A DNA stretch of 64,000 nt, from positions 359,569,233 through 359,633,232 of the forward strand of contig NC_058131.1 of assembly GCF_016433145.1 (NCBI RefSeq), in the 5' to 3' direction. A model generated the notes under the pieces. That model did no database searches. It was not told the DNA's origin and was given only the letters and a program-made list of their open reading frames with translations. Shown here piece by piece: positions 25,998 through 36,632 of the stretch. How positions within the stretch are numbered: position 1 is the first letter of the stretch; each line of letters starts with the position of its first letter. Source of the stretch: Gracilinanus agilis. Taxonomy: Eukaryota. The translations under genes and the position numbers were made by a program.

Positions 25998-26325
25998 TGT
26001 GATATTGGAAATTTGGGGTCCTTGAACTTAATATTGAGGTCTTGGGTATAAACTTCCTGTGGACGTTTAGGGGACTTGAAAACTACATTTCCCATGATTC
26101 CTCTTGTGTAATACAGGTGGGCAGGAAGTGTGATTACATAGACAGAGGTGTAAAGTCTCAGAACTTGATTGGGACACTCTTTCCTAGGAAGCAGCCAGGG
26201 GTAAGGTATGGCGGGGCATTTGAATCAGATCTTAGCAGGCATGTGGTTTTCCTAATTATCAATATGGATTACAATAAAACCTTAATATTTTTAATTATAT
26301 CCTTATATCAATTTTATTTGTAACA
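25998..26325 (+). mobile_element. Solo LTR (ERV1-like)
   Basis: Starts TG (TGTGATATT), ends CA (TTTGTAACA), flanked by a 4-bp TSD TTAC; internal AATAAA near 26273. Confidence 0.75.
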
Positions 26326-26705
26326 TTACCTACCATATGACTCAAAAAGGAGATATTTCTCCTCTAGTACACTAACATGGAAACAATCCTGGGTTCTTGA
26401 AAACTATGCCAGAAAAGCAAAGGTTCAGGAAAAGTTCTGTCGCACTAGCAAGATTTCAAGTATGGGTCAGGCCTGTTATCCAGAGCCTAACCTAGTGAAG
26501 TATAAGAGCTTAATGATCAAAGGGTCAGTATACAGGAGCTGACTTTTTTTTTGGCCACAGTAACTCCCAGTGCACCAACTGGGAAGGATGCCATCTGCAT
26601 CAATGGAGGGAATCCCCCATACTTATATAATCACAGGCTTTGAAATATTAAATCATTTTGAGTGGGTATACATGTGTATGTGTATTTTTACCCACCTAGG
26701 CATAT

Positions 26706-26710
<5 letters not shown>

Positions 26711-26742
<32 letters not shown>
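26711..26742. repeat. (TG)16 microsatellite
   Basis: Direct reading. Confidence 0.95.
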
Positions 26743-26745
<3 letters not shown>

Positions 26746-27762
26746 ATAGGAGAGAGAGCTAGCTTCTGTCAAGAGGACTTGGATTCAAGTCCTGCCTCTC
26801 ACACATTCTGTGTCACCCTGAAAAAATCTTATAATCCCTCAGTGACTTCAGGCAACTCTGTAAAATGAAGTTGTAGAGCCAGCACTGATTCTCTTGTAAA
26901 TAAAGGGAGTTAGTTTTCTTCACAACTAAAATCACAGGTATGACATCCCAATCTATAATGCATATATGTATGAGTCTATAGATATAGCTCTCTTGTTCTT
27001 TCCTCTAGGGCATGGCACATAGTAGGTACTTAATAAATATTTGAGTGATTGCTCTCATCATGATCATCATTATCTTCATTATAACAAGAGCTATCTGTTA
27101 TATGATCCTTTAAGATTTGCAAAGCACTTTACATATGGTAACTGATTTTCACAACAACCCTGGAAGGTAGGTATTATTATCCCCATTTTATAGGTGAGGA
27201 AACTGAGCCTGGGAGTGCTTAAGTGACTTGCCCAGGGTCACAGTTACTAATGTCTGATTGTGTCTAAATGTATGATTCTAAGTGTGTCTAAGTGTTTACT
27301 TGTCAGATTCAGGATTCAAACTCAGATCTTCTTGACTCCAGATTTCCAGTCTGGTGGTAGGGAAGGCAGTGGGGCTATATTTTGCCTATCCTGTTACTTC
27401 AGAACCTGCACTGTAAGTAATGAGACTGAGGATTCCTAATAGGATATTAGCTATAAAGGTCATTGTCACCCTGTTCCATTTGTAATTTATTTTAGGATTA
27501 TATGCTAACCGCTCATTACTCAGAAAAACTTGTGGCCCAAACATCAGGATTTTATTTCATTGTTTCGCAGAGAAAAAGTGTTGAAAACATGTTTGGAATG
27601 TGCTGAAGCCCTTAAATTGCCCGTGGCTGGTCACTATATGCTTTCTGCACTTAGACACAGGCTTCAGTTACTCTGGAGAGGGTGGTAGGTATAGGGTGGG
27701 CCTTGGAGGACAGCCAAGACTGAGTAGAATATAAAATCTCAGATTTGGAACCATATAGGTTA

Positions 27763-27798
<36 letters not shown>
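27763..27798. repeat. (GAT)12 microsatellite
   Basis: Direct reading. Confidence 0.95.
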
Positions 27799-28743
27799 AA
27801 TGATTATCCAGAAGTGACAAGGAGATCACTTTTGGACAATTCTAATTATTAGTAAATTCTTCCTTATACTGAGGCAAAATTTACCTTTTGACTTCTAACC
27901 ATTGTAGAGGTTCCATAGCTTGGGAATACAGCTATGATTCCTCTGGCTCCTGCCCAGTTCTTTGGCATCCAGATTATATTGAGTTTCTAATAGGGTTTCT
28001 CTCCTTCTTCTGGCAGGACCCAGAAATTGAGAATTCTCAGAAAAACACAAATACATGAATAGGTTTCCTAATAGCTTTTAGACTTCCATAACCATTTCAA
28101 GAGTCTAGATTTTGAATAGGAATAGAAAATGAGACACACGACTGTACAACTTTGGTCTTCCGCAGCATATAAATGGGGCTTGGGGAAGGGAGAAGAGGGG
28201 ATATTCTCTTTGATCTCCTATGACCTACTCCAGGCTACCCTAAGGAGTCTAGAACTGATTTGTTCTTCTAAACCTTTGCTCATTCCTCTCTTTTCTTATT
28301 GCATTAAATCCCTACAGGTTTTTATCCTTTTTAATCTATTCAAATGTCAGAATAATCTTAATCTGCTGCTTTATGTATATCACACCTCTTTCTCCAACCT
28401 TCAGTGTCTCCCTATTGACTACTGAATTAAGTATGAACTTCTGATCTTCATGTTCAAGACCCACTGCAATGTGGCTTCAACCTACCTTTCTGACCTTGTC
28501 CCATGTTACCTCATTCCAGTCAAACAAATCACTTCCTGTCATTCTCATTTTATTCTTTCTTGGCTCTGTGCCTTTGTCCTCACGCTCCTTCTGACCTCCA
28601 TCTGCATCTGCTGAATTCTCCCCCCTTCTTTCAAGGCCCATCTCAGGTACCATTTATTTCCTGTGTGGAGCTTTTTCTTACTGCCTTTCTCTAATGAAAG
28701 TGATTTCTCACTCCTCAAATCGTTCTTAAGAGCTTTGCACTGG

Positions 28744-29126
28744 CATGTATGTAATAGGGGTTTGGTGCATCCCTAACCCACCTAAGGGTGTCATCCACAT
28801 GAAAGACGTTATTGATGGACCTGCTTCTGGGAGGCTGCAGGGCTGGAATATTTATGGGCATTCTGTGCTGGCCTACCAGATGGTTGGGAGCAACCTTTGT
28901 AGCCAGAGCTGGCAGCCCCTTAATTGTTATCTCAGCCACTTGGCTAGCTTTCTCTGCCTTTCTGTCCAAGGGTGAAGGATTCCTTCGTGCAAAAGTGGCT
29001 CCCAGATACATGGTCAGGCAACACAGAATGTCCACATATGCTATAATTCTCCAGGAAGCAGATAAGCTAGTGTCTTTTCACATGAGTGAGGCCACTTAGG
29101 CATGTACCAAACCTCTATCACACATG
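28744..29126. repeat. Imperfect ~380-bp palindrome (fold-back or MITE-like element)
   Basis: Several blocks of the left half match the reverse complement of the right half, e.g. TAATAGGGGTTTGGTGCATCCCTAA vs TGATAGAGGTTTGGTACATGCCTAA (21/25), and 28859-28903 vs 28987-29030. Confidence 0.8.
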
Positions 29127-29179
29127 GAGCCTCCTGCCATTACATTTATCCCACATAAGCCTCTATTGGAGTTATTTGT

Positions 29180-29640
29180 GCTTGTGTGATAGATACAGAT
29201 ATATACATAGAGATATATCTCTCTATATCTATACCTATATGTGTATTTATAGCTATAAATAGATTAGAACTACATTGACATAACATATTATAATTATATC
29301 TATAAACACACATCTACATGTATATTTATAATTATATGTAAGCTAGATATAGATATATACAGATATTATAGATATACCTATGTATACATATGTGTGTATA
29401 CATGGAAAAAGATCGAATATAGATATAGAAATATAAATATCTACATGTATATATGTAGATGTGTGTAGAGGAAAATTTTAGATATCTAGATAGGCATATA
29501 CACATATATATATCTACGTGTATAAATGTGTGTGTGTATAGATATATATGTATATTATATATATACAAAGATACAAAGTTATGTAGAGATATCTATATCT
29601 ATCTAGCTAGATCTGCCTGGACCCATATTTCTATCTCTAG
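29180..29640. repeat. Degenerate (TA/TATC/GATA)n low-complexity tract
   Basis: Direct reading of the sequence. Confidence 0.9.
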
Positions 29641-30009
29641 ATGTCTTTCTCTATTGGATTATAAACTTCATGAGAGCAAGCAAGGTTTGGGCCCAATCAA
29701 TGAATCCCCAGAGGTCTTCAGATAATACATAACTAAGAGATGTTTATTGAGTTAGAGAACAATTGGAATGTCTGACCAGCTCTTCAGCATTTCCAGTCCA
29801 AGATTAAACAGTCTGCAGCCCAAGCACAAGGCTGACTACATGAGGCTCACTCCAGATTAGCAGGGCATAGCCTTCATTTCTGCAGAAGAGTTAGCTGAGT
29901 CACCCAATCAATCCACAAGCATTTACTACGTGCTAGACACTAGAGTTAGGGATACAGAGACAAGGAAAAGGAAAAGTAGGCCTTTTCCTCAAGAAGCTTC
30001 CAACTGACC

Positions 30010-30297
30010 TCTCCCTCTATCTACACATTTGTATATACAGACTCGCAGACACAGACACACATACATGCACAGATACACCCCCCATAGACATATCCATGCA
30101 GATACAGACACACTGACATACATGAAGATACACACATAGACACACACAGACATAGATACACACACATAGACATACACATACAGACATACACACACAGGCA
30201 CACCCATGCAGACACAGATACACACACATGCAGACACAGATACACACACATAGACAGACACAGACATGCAAGACACACACAGACACAAACACACATG
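30010..30297. repeat. Degenerate (CA/CAGA)n microsatellite
   Basis: Direct reading; it explains the Cys/Val-rich minus-strand ORFs. Confidence 0.92.
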
Positions 30298-30922
30298 CCC
30301 TTCTTTCCCCCATCCTAGAGAAGTATAGAGATGGGAATGGAGGGCAGAGCCCTAAAGATTGGGGGAAGGAAGGAAGAGGGAGTAGGAGGGTCGGAATGAC
30401 TTTACCTTCATTCAGTTTTATTTACAGTTTTATTCAGACTCAGTTCAGACACCATCTCTGTGGAACCTTCCATGACATCCCTGCTTCCGACTCCACCTGA
30501 AAATACTATTTTGTTCATCAAGCTTTCTTAGAGTACTTTGTATTTCTTATTTTCTTGCAACATAATCTACCTTGTATTATACTGTGCATTTGTTATATCT
30601 TCTCTCCCCAACTCTACAATAGAAGATTCTTGTTCCTCAAAGTCATTTTCTTTTCTCTTGTCTGCTGCCTGTCCCCACTGCCCTCCATTTTCCTAAGTCT
30701 ACAGTCTTATTGTAGCTTGTTGGTTTTTTAAAACATTTTTCCATGCATTTATTGTCTTTTCCTTCCTCTCCTTCCAACAAGTCAACAATTTAAAAAACCC
30801 TTATAACAAATATGCATAGTACAGCAGAACAAATTCCTATATTGGTCATGTCCAAAAAATGAACAAGACAGCTTCATCTTCCATCTTCATATCCAAATAT
30901 AGGGCTTTGTATAGGATGGGCA

Positions 30923-30928
30923 TTTAAT
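30923..30928 (-). terminator. IL17B: Candidate IL17B polyadenylation signal (ATTAAA on minus strand)
   Basis: Plus-strand tttaat at 30923-30928 is about 115 nt past the stop at 31044, consistent with a short 3'UTR. A canonical AATAAA alternative lies at 30748-30753. Confidence 0.3.
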
Positions 30929-31043
30929 AAATATTCATTGACTTAAATTGAACTGTTAGATCAGCAATGTGAAGGGCAGCCCATCTGTGGTTCAGCATCC
31001 TAGGTCCATCAGAGAGGAGAGAATGACTTCCTCTGTTCCCTGC

Positions 31044-31290
31044 TTAGAAAATACACGTGCAGCCCACGGCGATAGTCTCCATAACAGTCCTTGGGGTGCA
31101 GGCCTTCTGCTGCCTCCAGCCAGCCCGGGGAAACAAGGAACAGAGGCGGCGACGTACAGGGATCTGGCTGTAAATAGGCACACTCACCATGGTTCGGTCC
31201 TCCTGCATCGTGAAAGGATTGATGCAGCCTAGACAAAGGCAGCGGGCCTCTGGGAGGTCCATAGGGATACGAGCTGGGTCATGATTCAAG
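31044..31290 (-). CDS. IL17B: Interleukin-17B, coding exon 3 (cystine-knot domain)
   Basis: Minus-strand acceptor tctcctgcag|C (phase 2); (S)LNHDPARIPMDLPEARCLCLGCINPFTMQEDRTMVSVPIYSQIPVRRRLC...VMETIAVGCTCIF*, the IL-17 family C-terminal signature, IL17B-type. Confidence 0.97.
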
Positions 31291-32727
31291 CTGCAGGAGA
31301 GATGTGGGAGGGAGGCTCACAGAGAAGGAGCTGATTCACAAAGTCCTCCCTTGACCCCTTGCCCCCAGACACAAGGGCTAAGACAGTACAAGGCCTTTAC
31401 CCCTTGGTCAACTTTCCCCAACTCCTAGGCTGGTGTAGTATAAAGAGCCTTTGACTAAACATAGGGCAATTCTCTGAAGTACTATCTAATATTCAAAAAA
31501 TATAATAAACATTACAGAATCAAAGTGTTCCCAGATTCAGAGAATCTTAGAGATGGAAGGGGATGTCAAAGGTAACATAATTTGTGTCTGAGTAGGCATC
31601 CCCAGTATATCCCCTTGGTAAGTGTTCATCTAGCCCTACTTGAAGCCCCTTAATGATGGGAAACTCATGACCTTTAGAGAGAGACTGCTCTAATCTCAAG
31701 TTATTCCTTATATGGAGCTGAAATCTGCCTTCCTACAACTTCCCCCACTGCTCCTGTTCTGCCCTCTTGGGCCAAGCAGAATAAATTCTCTACCTCTTCC
31801 ATATTACTGCCCTTCAAATACTTGAAGATAGTGGTCATGTTTCCCCACTAAGTCTGCTCTTCTCTAAACCAAACATCCCAATTCCTTTAACCTAAAGTAA
31901 TAACGTTATTGTTCAGTCGTTTTTTCTGTTGTGTCCAAATCTTTCGGACTCCATTTGGGGTATTCTTGGCAATGATACTGGAGTGGTTGGCCATTTCCTT
32001 TTCTAGCTCATTTTATAGATGAGAAAACTGAGGCAAACAGGGCTAAGTGATTTGCTCGGAATCACACAGCAAGAAAGTGTCTGTCTCATAAAGATGACTC
32101 TGCCTGATTCTAGGCTTGGCACTCTATTTACTGTGCCACCTAACTGCCTCAAAGTAGTAATAGCTAATATTTATATAGTCTTTTAAGGTTTGCAAAAAAA
32201 AAAAAGTGCAAATAACTCATTTGATCCTCATAGCATTACACATTATTCCCACTTTATGAAACTGAGATGATGTAAAGTGATTTGCCTAGCTAGGGTCGTG
32301 TAGTTAGGAAAACTCTGAACAACAACAATACTTAAACAACTTACATTTCTGTGGCGGTTTCAAATGTTTTCCATTTATTGCCTCATTTGATTTTCACAAC
32401 AACCCTGTGATTTCACTGGGGTGAGGAGCCAGAGAGAAAATTCCCTCCATCAATTGTTTAGCAAGCTAGTTGGGATCTCAGATCTAGAGGACCCTATCCA
32501 GGGTCACATAGCTAATATATGTCAGGGATGGGTCTTGAACCCAGGTTGTCCCCACTCCAGCCAAGCAACAGATATTTGTTATCTCAAATTTGTAGATGGG
32601 GAGAAAGAGGCTCATAAAAATGGTTTCTTGAACAGTAATATAGAGCCAGGAGGAGATGAAGTCTGAATTGGAATCCAGGTTTTCCAAATACAAGCCCAGC
32701 ACTCTTTTCATATGACCAACACTTTTT

Positions 32728-32915
32728 TTTTTTTTATAAACCCTTGTACTTTGGTGTATTGTCTCATAGGTGGAAGATTGGTAAGGGTGGGCAATGGGGG
32801 TCAAGTGACTTGCCCAGGGTCACACAGCTGGGAAGTGGCTGAGGCCGGGTTTGAACCTAGGACCTCCTGTCTCTAGGCCTGACTCTCACTCCACTGAGCT
32901 ACCCAGCTGCCCCCC
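32728..32915 (-). mobile_element. Young SINE1_Mdo-type SINE in IL17B intron 2
   Basis: Full length, CpG retained (GGCCGGG), poly(A) tail, perfect 15-bp TSD TGACCAACACTTTTT at 32713-32727 and 32916-32930. Confidence 0.92.
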
Positions 32916-33291
32916 TGACCAACACTTTTTCTACTATCACCTTCACTTGATTTTATTTGTAGTTTATTCAGGTTCAACTCAATTGTCACTCTCTTTCTAC
33001 ACAATAAATGTCCTCAACTTCATTTAGTCTTTGTTGTGGGAGAGGCACCTTAGAGTTGGAATGGACCATAGAAGTAATTTTCTTTAATATTCTTACCTCC
33101 ATGAGTAAGTGAAAACAATATAGATTTGAAATTGGAAGACTTTAGTTCAAACCTTATCTTTGCTACTCATTACCCTGATTGATTTTGGGCAAGTTCGTTG
33201 GGGTCTCAGTTTCAGTATCAGGAAAATGTGGAGAATGAACTAACTGTGCTTTCCTGCCCTTCATCCTCTGACTTAATCACACTTCTATAGC

Positions 33292-33428
33292 NNNNNNNNN
33301 NNNNNNNNNNNNNNNNNNNNNNNNNNNNNNNNNNNNNNNNNNNNNNNNNNNNNNNNNNNNNNNNNNNNNNNNNNNNNNNNNNNNNNNNNNNNNNNNNNNN
33401 NNNNNNNNNNNNNNNNNNNNNNNNNNNN
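33292..33428. other. Assembly gap (137 N) in IL17B intron 2
   Basis: Run of N; true length and content unknown. Confidence 1.
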
Positions 33429-34032
33429 TATCAATTCAATCAGGCAAGGGCTAGGCAATCAGGGACTCAGGTGGTTTGCCCAGAGTCCCACAGCTAAGAA
33501 GAGGTTAAATTTGAATACAGGTCCTCTAAATACCAGGTCTGCAACTCTATCCACTGTGCTGTTTAGCTGCCCCAGCACTATGAGTTTCTATCCCACTTCC
33601 AACACCTGCTTTGTGTCAAATGTGTCAAATTTGAAGTCAAATGACTTCACTTCTTTGATCCTCTATTCTCTTTTCTATTAGGGGTAATGATCATATTTGC
33701 CCAACATATCATATCAAGTTGTTGGGAGGAAAATGCTTTGTTAATTTTAATATACTTCAGGAATATATACTCTCCTATACTATAACTGGAGGACATATAA
33801 TGAAAAGAGAGCTGGGATTGGACTCAAGAGACCAGATTTCATGATGACAACCATATTGATTTGACTAAAGAATACCCTCTCCCTGGTCCTCAGTTTTCCT
33901 TATCTGTAAAATGAGGGGTTTAGATTAAATAAACTGAAAGTTTTCTTCCAATTTTATCATACTGCGATTCTATTATTTTGTCATTCTATTATCACTTGTC
34001 CTTTCATTCTGGAGACCAGATCCTGGACTCAC

Positions 34033-34361
34033 CTGTATGTCCATGGAGACAGACTCCTCTTGTTGGACATCCACAGCTGCAGGTTGACCTCACATTTGCC
34101 TTTGGATGTCTCTGAGCTGTTCCTCAGCTGGGATACCATCTCCTGGATGCTCCTCTCATATTCTTCCATTAAAGCAAACACCTTCTCCCCTGGCAGCTTC
34201 ACCCTTTGAACCAAGTCTAAGGATGCCTGAGCCACCGAGGGAAGAACTTTTGGCCTCACCTCCCCTTTCCTCTTTCCTTTGGGATTCTGAAGTTTGGTCT
34301 TTGGCGGTCCTGGGACACCCAGTGTCAGGGAGAGGAAGATGGAGACAGCAAGGAGTCCAAG
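34033..34361 (-). CDS. IL17B: Interleukin-17B, coding exon 2
   Basis: Acceptor tctttcttcag|CTT (phase 0); LGLLAVSIFLSLTLGVPGPPKTKLQNPKGKRKGEVRPKVLPSVAQASLDLVQRVKLPGEKVFALMEEYERSIQEMVSQLRNSSETSKGKCEVNLQLWMSNKRSLSPWTYS; donor AG|GTGAGT; 329 nt. An in-frame TAA just upstream in the intron means a separate first exon is required. Confidence 0.95.
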
Positions 34362-34923
34362 CTGAAGAAAGAGCCCATAAAAGTTTTATCATCTAGGTTG
34401 GCTGAGCAGAGAGCCAAGCCCAGGGTCACACTCCTAGCGTTTATGAGGCCAAAAAGCAAGCAGCATCCCATGGCCCCACAGCCCTGACCATACAAGATAG
34501 CCCAAGGAGAAAAGGATTCCATATCACCCAAACCTTTTTCCCTAACAGCCTGCTGCAATGCTCAGGCGTCCCCTTGCTCTTCCCCATATACTCACAAACA
34601 TACCTATCTCACACTACCCACCCATCCCCATTCCCACCCATACATTCCCACATACATTCTTTCCCTCCAATAAAATCACTCACATCTATTTTTCTATCCA
34701 CACTCCATCACCCTAGCCCACTTATACCTATCTTCATTTCCCTACTCCCTCATACCACATTTAGCCCTATCCTCCACCCCAATCATAAAATACACAGGAT
34801 TTCAAAGGAAAACAGTTAAATTGAAATGATTATCAAAAAAAAAAAACAACAGTTTTTCTAGAATTCTAGAATCATGAGATTTTTGAGTTCAGAGTTGGAA
34901 AGGATTGTTGAAATCACCTAGTC

Positions 34924-35128
34924 CAGTGATGGGCAAACTTCTTAAAGAGGGAGCCAAAGGAAAGGAAATGCTCATCTGTTAGTCTGTTTCTAAGGCAACT
35001 CTTTCAAAGTTTCATTGTATTGTTTCCTACTCATTGTATTCGTCAGATTAGGAATAATGTCTCATGGCGGGATAGAACATTTCAGGGAGCCAGCATGTGG
35101 CCCACGGGTCATAGTTTGCCCATCACTG
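34924..35128. mobile_element. hAT MITE (205 bp) in IL17B intron 1
   Basis: 16-bp TIRs CAGTGATGGGCAAACT / AGTTTGCCCATCACTG; perfect 8-bp TSD ACCTAGTC; interrupts a MIR-type element. Confidence 0.92.
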
Positions 35129-36334
35129 ACCTAGTCCATTCTCCTCATTTCACAAGTGAGGAAATGAAAGCCAAGGGAGGGGAAGTAGTGTCTTGTCAGA
35201 AGCCACATAGACAACAGGCGGCGAAGTCAGGATCTTAGTGAATTCCATACTTCTGTGAACTAAACACCACCTTCACTCAAAGCCTCTGTGTAGTCATTGG
35301 CTATTGCCTCTCCCTCACTAATGCATTTAATTAGTGCCTAATCCTATTGGTTCCATCTCCAAAATATCTCTTACATCTACCCCAGACTCATGTCACCTAA
35401 TTCTATACCTCATTATCGCTTGCCTGGATTATTATCAAAGTTTCCTCATTAGCCTCTCTGTCACCATTGTCTCCCCTCCCTAGTCTAGCTTTCACATAGC
35501 TACTACTTTATGTTTCCCCAGCACAGAAATCTTCCATTGCTCCTCATGGCCTGGAACATAAAATGCTAGCTCCCTAACTCCTCATTTAGGGTCCTCTATG
35601 ATTTGGCTCCAAATAACCTTGTCAACACTGTTTTATGTAACTGCCCCTAGACACACTCTAAATTCCAAGCGAATTGGAATAACCTCTAATCTTCTACTAT
35701 ACTATCTCCTATCTCTGTATATTTGCTCACTCTCTCTTATGCCTCAAAAATACTTCCTCCTCATTTCTACCTATTGGAATCCTTCCCTTCCTTCAAGGCT
35801 CAGTTTAAAAGCCAATTCCTCCAAGAAGCCTTTCCTAATTCTTTCCAGATGGAAATAATCTATCTTCCTGAATTTTCCCAAGATATTTTGTTTGAATCTC
35901 TTTTTTATCGACAACCCCTTCTTTCTCCTGCCCTGATCACATTTTAACTTGTGTTGCAAAATCATAGTATCTCAGATTTGGAAAAGACCTGGAAAACAAT
36001 CTAGCTTAAACCATACTTGAACAGGAATTCCCTCTACAACACAACTGATGAGTGGTCATACGGTTTTTAAAGACCCTGGTGGGGGGAGATCTATCCATAT
36101 CCAATCAGTTGTCATGCCAGCATTTTAGCATACATCATCTTCTCTCTTCTTCTGACACACTGCCACTATCCTGGTGGAGGCCCTCACCACTTCCCAATTG
36201 GACTACTGCAATAGCTTGGTGGTTGGGGTGTATTACTTCAAATCTCCCCCATTCTGATTCATCTTCCAGTCAACTGTCAAGTCTGATCTTTCTAATGCAC
36301 AAGTCTGATCATGGCAATGGAACCATTTAATAAA

Positions 36335-36632
36335 ACTATGTTATAAAGGCCTTTAAAAGCCAAACAGAGAATTTTATCTTTGATTCTAGAGGCATTAGCC
36401 TCTAGGCTAAAGGGAAGTAAGTATTTAAGTGAATCCAGATTTCCTTTATATTTCTTCTGTGACTCTCATTGGCCATGATGGTGGATTTTTTTTTTTTTCT
36501 CCTGTGGACACAGTGAGCGAATTGATGCAATTAGGAATATGGAACTTGACTGATTGCTGGTCTTCTGGCATTAGCCTCTAGAATCAAAGATAAAATTCTC
36601 TGTTTGGCTTTTAAAGGCCTTTATAACATAGT
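36335..36632. repeat. Complex templated insertion: perfect 59-bp inverted repeat enclosing a 164-bp copy of 38162-38322
   Basis: IR 36335-36393 / 36574-36632; direct repeat GGCATTAGCCTCTAG at 36391-36405 and 36567-36581; the copy at 36405-36568 differs from its source by 2 substitutions and 3 extra T. Confidence 0.95.

Noticed and set aside
29989-30500. Cys/Val-rich and His/Thr-rich ORFs
   Set aside because: Translation of the (CA/TG)n tract.
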